DNA of 64,000 nt, taken from positions 36,096 to 100,095 of the forward strand of contig JAFGVA010000068.1 of NCBI GenBank assembly GCA_016938235.1, read 5' to 3'. Below, in pieces: positions 1 through 10,630 of this stretch. Origin of the DNA: Bacteroidales bacterium. GTDB taxonomy: Bacteria > Bacteroidota > Bacteroidia > Bacteroidales > UBA10428. The notes below the pieces were generated by a model. It did no database searches and had not been told where the DNA came from. It worked only from the letters and a program-made list of their open reading frames with translations. The stretch's first letter is position 1, and every line of letters begins with the position of its first letter. The position numbers were made by a program, and so were the translations under genes.

Positions 1-80
1 TAATTTCGGTATGGAAATTTCGAAATATAAGTTAGATAAAGAATAAAAACATTGCGGTAAGAGCATAACATTTATAAACG

Positions 81-689
81 ATGCGACACAGAAAGAAAAT
101 TAATCATTTAGGAAGGCAGGCCAGTCACAGAAAAGCTATGTTGGCTAATATGGCAAGTTCGCTTATTCTGAATAAAAGAATTAGCACAACTACTGCTAAG
201 GCTAAAGCTCTTCGCACATATGTTGAGCCATTGATAACCAAAACAAAGGATTTAACTACTGTTCACGAACAATCACATGCTCAACGTGTAGTTTTCAGTT
301 ATTTACAAGACAAATTAGCTGTAAAAGAACTTTTTAAAGAAGTAGCTCCAAGAGTTGCTACTCGACCTGGTGGCTATACCCGTATTCTTAAAACAGGGTC
401 TCGTCTTGGTGATAATGCAGAGATGTGTATTATTGAGCTTGTTGATTATAACGAAAACTTACTTTCAGCAAAAGAAGACAGCCAAAAATCTTCTCGCAGA
501 AGAAGACGTACTGCCAGTGGTAAAAAAACTGAAGCTGCTGCGGTTGTTGAAGAGAAAGTTGTAAAAGAAGAAGCTAAAGTTGAAGAACCTATAGTTCAAG
601 AGACATCAGAAGTTCCTGTCAATGAAGTTACAGAAGAAAAACCTGCAGAAGAAGATACTAAAGAGGCGGATGACAATACAAAGGAATAG
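81..689 (+). CDS. rplQ: 50S ribosomal protein L17 with long Glu/Lys/Val-rich C-terminal tail
   Basis: N-terminus [51 protein letters not shown] is the canonical L17 signature. ATG start, and a hairpin terminator follows. Confidence 0.95.
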   Translation: MRHRKKINHLGRQASHRKAMLANMASSLILNKRISTTTAKAKALRTYVEPLITKTKDLTTVHEQSHAQRVVFSYLQDKLAVKELFKEVAPRVATRPGGYTRILKTGSRLGDNAEMCIIELVDYNENLLSAKEDSQKSSRRRRRTASGKKTEAAAVVEEKVVKEEAKVEEPIVQETSEVPVNEVTEEKPAEEDTKEADDNTKE

Positions 690-724
690 GTTTTCTTTTT
701 TCAAAAAATATTTGTAATGAATTG

Positions 725-764
725 AGGGGGATTGGCATATTTACCATATACAATCCCCCTTTTT
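725..764 (+). terminator. Rho-independent terminator candidate after rplQ
   Basis: 10-bp perfect stem AGGGGGATTG (725-734) / CAATCCCCCT (751-760) with a 16-nt loop, followed by TTTT. Confidence 0.6.
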
Positions 765-806
765 ATAATATTTATCAATTATATAAACCCTCAAAATTTA
801 ATATAA

Positions 807-2084
<1,278 letters not shown>

Positions 2085-2108
2085 GTAAAATTTCTGAAAT
2101 ATTTTTTT

Positions 2109-2140
2109 AAAGGCTGGTTGTTTTAACCAGCCTTTTTTTG
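2109..2140 (+). terminator. Rho-independent terminator after eno
   Basis: AAAGGCTGGTT (2109-2119) / AACCAGCCTTT (2125-2135) with a 5-nt loop, followed by a T-run. Confidence 0.75.
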
Positions 2141-2329
2141 TTTTCAGATTAAACTATATTATAGGTTTTGTGTTAATGTATTGGAGCATTGTTATTGAAA
2201 CTAATATTTAGTATATTTAATATATATGTATTTGATAGTTAGTTGAAAGGGTATCGTTTTTAAAACAAATAGAAACATCTTAATAAATACACACATTGTG
2301 ACCAATAAGAAAACTAATAGAACTAAAGT

Positions 2330-3631
2330 ATGATATTACTGAAACAAAAACTAGCGCAAAAGATTGAAGAATGGCGTCCCCGAATTCAGAACCTGAATGA
2401 TAAATATGGTGATGTTGTTGTTGATCAGGTAAAAGTCTCCCAGATTCTGGGAGGGATGCGTGGAATAAAAAGTCTGATTACAGACATATCGTATTTAGAT
2501 GCGAATGAGGGTATTAGGTACAGGGGATATACCCTGCATGATGTCTTTGAAAAATTACCCAAAGCGCAGGGTTCAGAGATGCCAACTGTTGAGGCTCTGC
2601 TTTACCTGTTTCTTACTGGAGATATTCCAACAGACGAAGAAGTTTCTGAGGTAATGGATGAATTCTCTAAGCGGAGAATTTTACCAAAATATGTATACGA
2701 AGTAATTGATGCCTTTCCTCCAAATAGCCATCCAATGACTATTTTCTCAACTGCTATTTTAACACTTTCAAGAGAATCGTTTTTTGGCAGAAAATATAAA
2801 GCTGGTATTTCAAAGAAACTATACTGGGATCCTACTTATGAAGACGCATTAAACATAATAGCTAAATTACCAACAATAGCGGCATACATTTATGCCAAGC
2901 TATACAAAAACAATAAGTTTACTCCTCCAAATCCCGATTTGGATATGGCCGGAAACTTTGCGCATATGATGGGCATTGAAAAGCCATATGACGATGTTTC
3001 CAGGATGCACTTTATTATTCATGCTGACCATGAAAGTGGTAACCTCAGTGCTCATGCCGGACACCTTGTTGCTAGTTCATTGTCTGATATTTATTTATCA
3101 ATTTCGGCCATGATAAATGCCTTAGCCGGACCATTACATGGCCTCGCAAACCAGGAAGTGTTGAGATGGTTACAAGCCCTGAGTGAAGAAATGAACGATG
3201 AAGAACCGGAAGAAGAAAAAATCAAACAATTTGTCTGGGACACTCTAAACTCAGGTCAGGTTATTCCAGGATACGGGCATGCCGTGCTCAGAAAAACAGA
3301 CCCAAGGTATACCTTACAAAGAGAGTTTAGTCTGAAACACCTGCCAAACGACAAACTTTTTAAATACACAAGCCTGCTTTACAAAGTTGTTCCTCCAATT
3401 TTGCAGGAGCACGGTAAAGCCAAGAATCCCTGGCCTAACGTGGATGCACAATCTGGTGTAATACAATGGCATTATGGTGTAAAGGAATATGAGTTTTACA
3501 CCGTATTATTTGGAATTGGCAGGGCAATTGGTGTTGCCGCAAACATAATTTGGGATCGTGCTTTGATGTTTCCGATTGAAAGGCCAAAGTCTATTACAAC
3601 CAAGATGTTAGAAGATATGGTGAAAAAGTAG
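2330..3631 (+). CDS. gltA: Citrate synthase, eukaryote/mitochondrial-like type
   Basis: Collinear with mitochondrial citrate synthase as I remember it: GGMRGIK, DHESGNLSAH, GPLHGLANQEV, PGYGHAVLRKTDPRY, KAKNPWPNVDAQSG. Confidence 0.93.
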   Translation: MILLKQKLAQKIEEWRPRIQNLNDKYGDVVVDQVKVSQILGGMRGIKSLITDISYLDANEGIRYRGYTLHDVFEKLPKAQGSEMPTVEALLYLFLTGDIPTDEEVSEVMDEFSKRRILPKYVYEVIDAFPPNSHPMTIFSTAILTLSRESFFGRKYKAGISKKLYWDPTYEDALNIIAKLPTIAAYIYAKLYKNNKFTPPNPDLDMAGNFAHMMGIEKPYDDVSRMHFIIHADHESGNLSAHAGHLVASSLSDIYLSISAMINALAGPLHGLANQEVLRWLQALSEEMNDEEPEEEKIKQFVWDTLNSGQVIPGYGHAVLRKTDPRYTLQREFSLKHLPNDKLFKYTSLLYKVVPPILQEHGKAKNPWPNVDAQSGVIQWHYGVKEYEFYTVLFGIGRAIGVAANIIWDRALMFPIERPKSITTKMLEDMVKK

Positions 3632-3660
3632 ATGGTTACAATTCACAATAAAATAGTTGT

Positions 3661-3696
3661 AATGCCTGATAATTATTTATCAGGCATTAATTTTTT
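3661..3696 (+). terminator. Rho-independent terminator after gltA
   Basis: 12-bp perfect stem AATGCCTGATAA (3661-3672) / TTATCAGGCATT (3677-3688) with a 4-nt loop, then AATTTTTT. Confidence 0.75.
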
Positions 3697-3785
3697 CGTT
3701 ATATTTATTACTCCATGCAAAACTACAATACTGTAATCTGAATTATTATTGAATAAATTTATTTACGAATTCGCTTAATACACAC

Positions 3786-6700
3786 ATGGGTAAGTTGTAC
3801 CGTTTAATTATTCTATTATTGTTTGTTTTCAGTTCTGCTTTTTCTCAGAATGAAAACTCAATAGAGCTTATTTCGGTATCGCAGGGTTTACCCAACTCAC
3901 AAATAACAAAACTTTTCTTTGGTTCTAAAGGTTTGTTATGGATAGGAACGGCAAATGGCCTTTGCATTTACGACGGATATAGCTTTAAAGTACAGCAGTC
4001 AGTACCGTTTGATGTCAATACTCTTGCCGATGACAATATAATTGAAATTGTTCAGGACAGGAACAACCAGATATGGTTACATACCCATTTTGGAATTGAA
4101 ATGATAGATCCTTTAACTGCCAGCAAGAAAAGAATAAAGTATTTTCAGGATCATTCAAATATCCGATCCATTATTCCTTCACAAACAAGCAACGAAATAT
4201 ACTTTATATACAATCATTCAGTAGAAATATGCAATAGTAAAACTTTTGAAATTGAGACTTTACCCATTCGATTTCTTGATGAATTACTGGATGCTGTTCT
4301 TATTGAGAAATCATTCTGGTATATTACAAAAAACAATATTCAATGTTATAATATCCACACCGGAAATACAGAGGAAGTATATCGTTTCGACACAGAATTC
4401 GACGATAGGAATATTGAAATTTGCAGGTTAAATGGAGTAATTTATTTCTCACTGGGCAATAAATTATTTTCCTTAAATACAAAAACATATAAAAGAAAAT
4501 TGCTTTATGAGACGCAATACGATATTGTTAGTTTCTCATTTAAAGACAGCACTGAAATATCCATTGCAACTAAGAACCAGGTTTTTCTGGCCCGAGTTAA
4601 TTCAAAACACGAACTTGAAAATCCTGTAAGTGTTTATAATTCCCAACAACAAAATATAAACCAGGTTATTGTTGATAATGACGAAATTGTCTGGATAGCA
4701 ACAGACAGAGGGGTTGTTAAGGTCAATCCACATGCCGAAAAACTAAAGCACCCTACGTTGAGCGAACTCGGTTTTAGCGAGAAAGAGATAATAAATACTG
4801 TTGTTGAAGCTTCGGGTAAGGGTATAATTGTAATTAATAAAAGTGGCGACTATAAATATTTTAGTGCGATAAATGACAATTTTTACAGCATTCCACAGGA
4901 AAAATATTCTTCGGTTTGTTTAATTGATAATGGAATAATACTAGCCGGTTATAACCAGGGGTTATTAAAGATTAATTTAAACTCAGGCGAGTACGAAAGG
5001 ATAAGTACCTTCAGGGAACATGCCATTACCTCAATAGAAATACTCGACGACGAATTATGGGTTTCAACAAATAAAGGGATTTATAAGTACGAAAATCAGG
5101 CTTATATAAGTAAGTGCGACATTGCTATACAAGATTTCATAATTGGGGAGAAAGAAATATTCTTTACCACTCTAAAAGAATTTGGTATGCTGGACAAGAA
5201 TTCCTGCGATAAGAATATTATTCTTTCAGAAAGTAAAACCAATGAGTATGTAAAAATACGTGATCTGCTACAATCCTACGATGGTAAAATATGGCTTGCA
5301 ACCGACGATGGTTTATATCGGTTTAATCCAACAGCAAAGGAAGACAATACCGAATTATTCAAGCAAATATTCAGAGGGAAAGTATATTCATTAATTGAGG
5401 CTAAATCGCTTCCTGAAGTATGGTTTTCAACTGATTTAGGAGTAGGATCTGTTAATTATCAATCAGAGACCATCATGTTTCTGGGTTATGAAGATGGGGT
5501 AAGAGCTACCTCATTTATACCATCCGGCGCATATTTAAGTAATACCGGAGAATTAAACTTTATAACCAATAATGAAGTGTTAAGTTTTCATCCCGATTCA
5601 ATTTACAGGAATATTGATAGCCCTATAGTTGAAATAACTTTTGCTCAGTTTATTTCAAAAAACTCAAAAACTGAAAGAATCTACCTGAAGCCTGACACAA
5701 TTGTTATATCTTCTGATATCAGTTATTTTGAACTTGCATATTCTACTCTTGATTATTATTCGCCTTTACAAACAATTTTTGAATACAGTTTAGTCACAGT
5801 AGGTAAGAGCGAGTTTTGGAAGCCGCTTAAAGGGAATATTTTAGCCATGGGAGGCATTAGCCCGGGGATTTATAACCTAAGAGTTCGTGCACGAAACAGT
5901 CATGGCATCGGAAGTGAGAATTCTTTAAACTCCATTTTAATAGTCAAAGCTTCGATGCTTGAGTCAAGAATGGCATATTTAATCTATGGTGTGATATTGA
6001 TTCTCTTTGTTGTTCTTCTTATTCGTATCAGAACCAGAAACCTGATTCGGATAAACCGGGAATACAAAGAAAGAGAAAGAATTGCGAAAAAAATTGAGAT
6101 TCAGAAGGAAGAATTATCTCTTAAAAATAAGAACATTACCGATAGTATTAATTATGCCAGAAGAATACAGGTTGCTATGATGCCGTCGGCAAAACTCTTT
6201 AATACCATTTTTCCCGATTCTTTTATTTTGCACATGCCTAAAGATATTGTCAGTGGTGATTTCTATTGGGCAAACCGGCTTGGAGATAAAATATTTTTTT
6301 CTGCAGTTGACTGCACTGGGCATGGTGTACCCGGGGCGTTTATGTCTATTATCGGAGTAGAATTATTTCGGCGCATAACAGAGATTGAGAACATTTACAC
6401 CCCTGCAGAGGTACTAAACAGCCTGAGTAAGAATTTCGACCGGGTTTTTGGCGATGTAGAAGAAATGAAGCTCAGGGATGGAATGGATCTGGCTTTTTGT
6501 ACGATTAGCCAGGATTATAAAGTGCTTGAGTTTTCCGGCGCATTTAATCCACTATACATAATTAGGGATAGCTCGATAATTGAAGTGAAAGGCGACAGGC
6601 AATCTGTTGGTTTGATTCATGAGGATGAAGAAAAGCATTCATTTACTAACCATGTAATACCCCTTCAGGATCAGGATTTAGTATATATTTTTACAGATGG

Positions 6701-6899
6701 TTTTGCTGATCAGTTTGGCGGACCAGAAGGGAAGAAGTACAAATACCGCAGATTCAGACACTTATTATTGGCTCTGCATCAGCTACCCATGTATAAACAG
6801 GAAGAGTTTCTGAGGAGAAATATCAACGAATGGAAGGGCGAAACTGACCAGGTAGATGATATTCTTGTTCTGGGTATCCGTATTCATCAACAGAAATAA
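3786..6899 (+). CDS. Periplasmic beta-propeller/Y_Y_Y-type sensor fused to a cytoplasmic PP2C (SpoIIE-family) phosphatase
   Basis: Signal-like N-terminus and repeated two-component-regulator-propeller-like segments. One TM helix (MAYLIYGVILILFVVLLIRI) and a coiled coil. PP2C motifs SGDFYW, DCTGHGVPGAF, FTDGFADQ and QVDDILVLGIRI. Confidence 0.85.
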   Translation: MGKLYRLIILLLFVFSSAFSQNENSIELISVSQGLPNSQITKLFFGSKGLLWIGTANGLCIYDGYSFKVQQSVPFDVNTLADDNIIEIVQDRNNQIWLHTHFGIEMIDPLTASKKRIKYFQDHSNIRSIIPSQTSNEIYFIYNHSVEICNSKTFEIETLPIRFLDELLDAVLIEKSFWYITKNNIQCYNIHTGNTEEVYRFDTEFDDRNIEICRLNGVIYFSLGNKLFSLNTKTYKRKLLYETQYDIVSFSFKDSTEISIATKNQVFLARVNSKHELENPVSVYNSQQQNINQVIVDNDEIVWIATDRGVVKVNPHAEKLKHPTLSELGFSEKEIINTVVEASGKGIIVINKSGDYKYFSAINDNFYSIPQEKYSSVCLIDNGIILAGYNQGLLKINLNSGEYERISTFREHAITSIEILDDELWVSTNKGIYKYENQAYISKCDIAIQDFIIGEKEIFFTTLKEFGMLDKNSCDKNIILSESKTNEYVKIRDLLQSYDGKIWLATDDGLYRFNPTAKEDNTELFKQIFRGKVYSLIEAKSLPEVWFSTDLGVGSVNYQSETIMFLGYEDGVRATSFIPSGAYLSNTGELNFITNNEVLSFHPDSIYRNIDSPIVEITFAQFISKNSKTERIYLKPDTIVISSDISYFELAYSTLDYYSPLQTIFEYSLVTVGKSEFWKPLKGNILAMGGISPGIYNLRVRARNSHGIGSENSLNSILIVKASMLESRMAYLIYGVILILFVVLLIRIRTRNLIRINREYKERERIAKKIEIQKEELSLKNKNITDSINYARRIQVAMMPSAKLFNTIFPDSFILHMPKDIVSGDFYWANRLGDKIFFSAVDCTGHGVPGAFMSIIGVELFRRITEIENIYTPAEVLNSLSKNFDRVFGDVEEMKLRDGMDLAFCTISQDYKVLEFSGAFNPLYIIRDSSIIEVKGDRQSVGLIHEDEEKHSFTNHVIPLQDQDLVYIFTDGFADQFGGPEGKKYKYRRFRHLLLALHQLPMYKQEEFLRRNINEWKGETDQVDDILVLGIRIHQQK

Positions 6900-6951
6900 C
6901 ACATCAATTCTGATTCATGCCAGAACAGTATAATCCATTAGAAATACGGAA

Positions 6952-8679
6952 TTAATTATTTTCTTTTAGTAGATTTTCAATCTTTTTAAGTAGCATATCA
7001 ACCTGAAAAGGTTTGCTGATGTAATCATTCATTCCGGCAGCAAGGCAGGCTTCTTTATCACCCGAAAGGGCATTTGCGGTAATAGCAATAATTGGAGTGT
7101 GCAGGTTAGTGCTTGCTTCCAGTTCTCTTATTTTCTTAGTGGCTACAATACCGTTCATAACAGGCATTTGAATATCCATTAGTATAACATCGTAACGGGT
7201 TGTGCCAAATTTATCAAGCGCATCCTTTCCGTTATTTGCCAGGTCTATATTTCTTACTTTCCCCTTTAAACTTAGCAAAACAATTTTCTGGTTTATGGAG
7301 TTGTCTTCAACCAATAAAATATTCGCATCTTTCAAATCAACGGCTCCTTTCGACTGAAAAATTTCAGTTTTGGCTTTATCAGCAGCAGGTTTTGGGATTT
7401 TATTTAATTGAAGCGAGAATTTAAACAAACAACCTGGCATATCAATTTCAAGATATCCTTTATGCAGGGAAATTATTTTTTGAGCAATGGAGAAATCATA
7501 CAGATTTTTAGCAAGCACTTCTTCACTAAAATTGATATCTTCCAGAATATTAATCAGGTAATATAAACTTTTGTTTCTGAGAATTTTGAATTTGGAGCTT
7601 ACAAATCTGAATGAGATCATGGCAATATTATCATGTTCTTCTTCTGTATTTATTTCAATTTCAAGTTCTTGCTTTTCTTTTTTATCTACAGAATTTATAA
7701 AATTCTCGATAAGTGTCAGGAATAGTTGTTTTATACGAACCGGATCTCCCTGAAAATTACCGCCAATATCCGATTTTATTTTTATTGCCACACTACCTTT
7801 ATGTTGACTGTCAAAGAGTTTAAGTGTATTTTCAATGGTTGAAACAAGATCAAAATCAATGTTAGTTTTGATGTCATCATCTACTTCAATAGATGAAATT
7901 TTTACAATGTTATTCACAACATTAACAAGATTATTGGTACTTGCAATAATGGTATCAAATAAGTCTCTCTGGTCAGAATCAAATTTTGTTTGATTAACTA
8001 ATGTTGAGATAAGGGTAATGTTATTAAGTGGTGTTCTGATTTGATGCGATAATTTCGAAAGGAAGTCATCTTTTTCCTTAATTTCCTGGTTGAGTTGAAC
8101 TATTTTCTGCTGATTTGAATTCATGTTTGATATCATTATGAATTCAATAATATATAAAAGCAAATGAATTGAAACATAAATGCCAATAACAACTAAACTT
8201 AAAATAACATTGTAATTGTTTAAAAAACCGACATACTCACTGGCAATAATTAATAGTATAATAAAACCCAGAAATCCTAATGAGAATCTTGCTCCACCTT
8301 TAAGACCTTTAGCAGCTGCTGCAACAATGGGAAAGATAAAAATTAAAAGATACCCATTGGTTTGTTTACCACCGCCAATTGCAAAAACATAGGCTAAAAC
8401 CAACATGGTAATACACAAAAGAATGTTTGCCGAAAATTCTATTTTAAAGTTTCGGAATAAAAAATCATAATTAATATAAATTAAAAGGCATGCGCTTGCA
8501 AGTAATGATGCTGAAAGGTAGTTTTCAAAAACTATATGCGTTATTGCATATAAAAGAAAAAAAACAATGAGAAAGAAGCTAGACAGGGTAATGAGCAGAA
8601 TCCTGTTAATATGTTCTGCAGCAAGCTGTTTGCCCGATTTTTGCTCGATGTATTCTGCCAGATTTGTCAACAATCTCAT
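6952..8679 (-). CDS. Membrane hybrid sensor histidine kinase / response regulator with degenerate ATP-binding domain
   Basis: Several N-terminal hydrophobic helices. H-box LSKLSHQIRTPLNNI. The N-box-like LIENFINS is present but no DxGxG or GxGxG boxes. Intact C-terminal receiver (LLVEDN, ILMDIQMPVMNG, AITA, SKP). Confidence 0.85.
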   Translation of the reverse strand: MRLLTNLAEYIEQKSGKQLAAEHINRILLITLSSFFLIVFFLLYAITHIVFENYLSASLLASACLLIYINYDFLFRNFKIEFSANILLCITMLVLAYVFAIGGGKQTNGYLLIFIFPIVAAAAKGLKGGARFSLGFLGFIILLIIASEYVGFLNNYNVILSLVVIGIYVSIHLLLYIIEFIMISNMNSNQQKIVQLNQEIKEKDDFLSKLSHQIRTPLNNITLISTLVNQTKFDSDQRDLFDTIIASTNNLVNVVNNIVKISSIEVDDDIKTNIDFDLVSTIENTLKLFDSQHKGSVAIKIKSDIGGNFQGDPVRIKQLFLTLIENFINSVDKKEKQELEIEINTEEEHDNIAMISFRFVSSKFKILRNKSLYYLINILEDINFSEEVLAKNLYDFSIAQKIISLHKGYLEIDMPGCLFKFSLQLNKIPKPAADKAKTEIFQSKGAVDLKDANILLVEDNSINQKIVLLSLKGKVRNIDLANNGKDALDKFGTTRYDVILMDIQMPVMNGIVATKKIRELEASTNLHTPIIAITANALSGDKEACLAAGMNDYISKPFQVDMLLKKIENLLKENN

Positions 8680-8955
8680 TTTTCAAGTATAATTATTATT
8701 CACTACATCTCTTAATAGTAAATATAATTAAAAATAAAGAAAATTAATAGTACAGATACAAAAACACAACTTTCATCTATTCGGGTTAAAAATAGATTTT
8801 ATTTTTTTACGTTTATTCATGGTAATGGAATCTGATTTTGGCTTAGTCTTTGTCGATTTGATTTTTTAACTTTATGATTGTTTAATTAATATTCTATCTG
8901 GAAGTAAAAGAAGACCAGATTATTTTAACTATATTCAATTCTATTACAGTTTAAA

Positions 8956-9675
8956 ATGTATACCAGAAAAAAAATACTGCTAAATACTTCAGTAAAATAC
9001 ATTTTGGCAGCCCTGGCTCTGTTGTCAATTGGTTCATTTGTTGGTTGCCAGGAATCTTCAGATTCTTTATTTGAGTATACCAGTGATTTTAAATTCACCG
9101 AAGGTGTATATCCCGATTTTGAAAGTGTATTGAGAAATACACCAATACCCAAAGGCAGAATCATTTCAGAGTATAGTTTTAGCGATAATGAATTTTTTAC
9201 TCATGTGTTGGGGAAAAAATACGTTTACTATTTCGACAATCTGGGAAATCGTATTGAATTTCCCACCAATAAAATTTGGGGGTACAGCCGAAACGGCTTT
9301 CTTTATATACAGGTAAGCAGGGGTTTTTACAGGATTACAATGCTCGGAAGTATTTCACATTTTTTAGCCTATGAAACAACCGAATATTACAACAATTATA
9401 ATCCATATAATACCTCACCTTACTACAATACTTACACTTATTCTTCGCCGTCCCGTTCTTCATCAACAGAGATGAGGCAATATTTACTTGACTTTAAAAC
9501 AGGTCAGTTAATGGATTATACTGTTCAGGCAGTTGAAGTTCTTTTAATGTATGATCCGGATTTGCACACCGAATATATGCAGTTGTCGAAAAGGAAAAAG
9601 AAACAGATGAAATTTCTGTATATCCGTAAATTTAATGAAAGAAATCCACTATATTTAATTAAAAATAATGAATAG
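8956..9675 (+). CDS. Hypothetical lipoprotein with Tyr/Asn-rich low-complexity segment
   Basis: Signal peptide ending in the lipobox-like SFVGC. YNNYNPYNTSPYYNTYTYSSPSRSSS tract. Its stop overlaps the start of the next gene. Confidence 0.65.
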   Translation: MYTRKKILLNTSVKYILAALALLSIGSFVGCQESSDSLFEYTSDFKFTEGVYPDFESVLRNTPIPKGRIISEYSFSDNEFFTHVLGKKYVYYFDNLGNRIEFPTNKIWGYSRNGFLYIQVSRGFYRITMLGSISHFLAYETTEYYNNYNPYNTSPYYNTYTYSSPSRSSSTEMRQYLLDFKTGQLMDYTVQAVEVLLMYDPDLHTEYMQLSKRKKKQMKFLYIRKFNERNPLYLIKNNE

Positions 9676-10531
9676 AATGATGAAGAAACAAGTTTTCCTT
9701 ACCTTGATTTTGCTTTTAGCTGTATGTATATTAAAAGCTCAGGATTATGTGCCTTCTCGCGATGACATCAACGCATTCTTTAACACAAAAACAATGGTTG
9801 TGTTAGATGATAACCCATTGCTTGAGTACAACATCGTAATTAAAGAAGTGATGGAGCAGGAATGGAAAGTTACCGATTTTGACTTCATTTCTTTTAAAGA
9901 ATTTGAAGAACTGAGAAAAGACCCTCAGTATTCTTTTTTATATATGGGTCAGGTCCGGTTCGATAACGATAAAACCGATGCACAGTACAGGTTTATGCAC
10001 CTTTCGCTGGGTGGAGATTATTACAGGTTAAACCAGATGCCCGATCTGGCAGCAGTACCTTTGGCGTATTACAGTGTCGAAGAAGATAATTACATTTATA
10101 AGTTAGCTCTTTTGGTGCGTTTTATGCAGAACCATGTTAAACTGATAAAAGAGCAACCCGAGATTGTATCGGCAAATGTTTTTAAACATTATAACGATAA
10201 CATCAAAGATATAAAATCAAGAACCCTTTATGTTCTTGAAGACGAATTATCAAAAGAGGTTAATTCTGCGGCAAGAATAAAGAAAGTTTATCCTTTTAAG
10301 TTTAAAATTGTTACTAAGGATGAAATTACAGAAGCCATAAAAAAAAGGGATGAAAATATTGTTTTCCTTCATAAGGTTGGTCCGGAAGGCACAAAATTAG
10401 ATGCCAGGTGTTATAAAGTGATAATTGGAGCAGGCGATGCGCAGTTCTATTATTTTGATTATCACCGTATAAACAGCAAAAAACCGGATGGGTTACTGGA
10501 GTCTGATTTTAAAGCAATGGCAAAGAAATAA
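9668..10531 (+). CDS. Hypothetical secreted protein
   Basis: 287-aa ORF with an N-terminal signal peptide (LLLAVCILKAQ). It overlaps the upstream gene by 8 nt, and a terminator follows. Confidence 0.7.
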   Translation: MNRMMKKQVFLTLILLLAVCILKAQDYVPSRDDINAFFNTKTMVVLDDNPLLEYNIVIKEVMEQEWKVTDFDFISFKEFEELRKDPQYSFLYMGQVRFDNDKTDAQYRFMHLSLGGDYYRLNQMPDLAAVPLAYYSVEEDNYIYKLALLVRFMQNHVKLIKEQPEIVSANVFKHYNDNIKDIKSRTLYVLEDELSKEVNSAARIKKVYPFKFKIVTKDEITEAIKKRDENIVFLHKVGPEGTKLDARCYKVIIGAGDAQFYYFDYHRINSKKPDGLLESDFKAMAKK

Positions 10532-10538
10532 TTTATAC

Positions 10539-10570
10539 AGAAAAGCGTCTTAAATTGACGCTTTTCTTTT
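10539..10570 (+). terminator. Rho-independent terminator
   Basis: AGAAAAGCGTC (10539-10549) / GACGCTTTTCT (10557-10567) with a 7-nt loop and trailing TTT. Confidence 0.7.
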
Positions 10571-10630
10571 GAATAACTTTATTATAAAAGCATTTCATTT
10601 TTTTATATCTTGCTGGCAAATAGGCAAATC

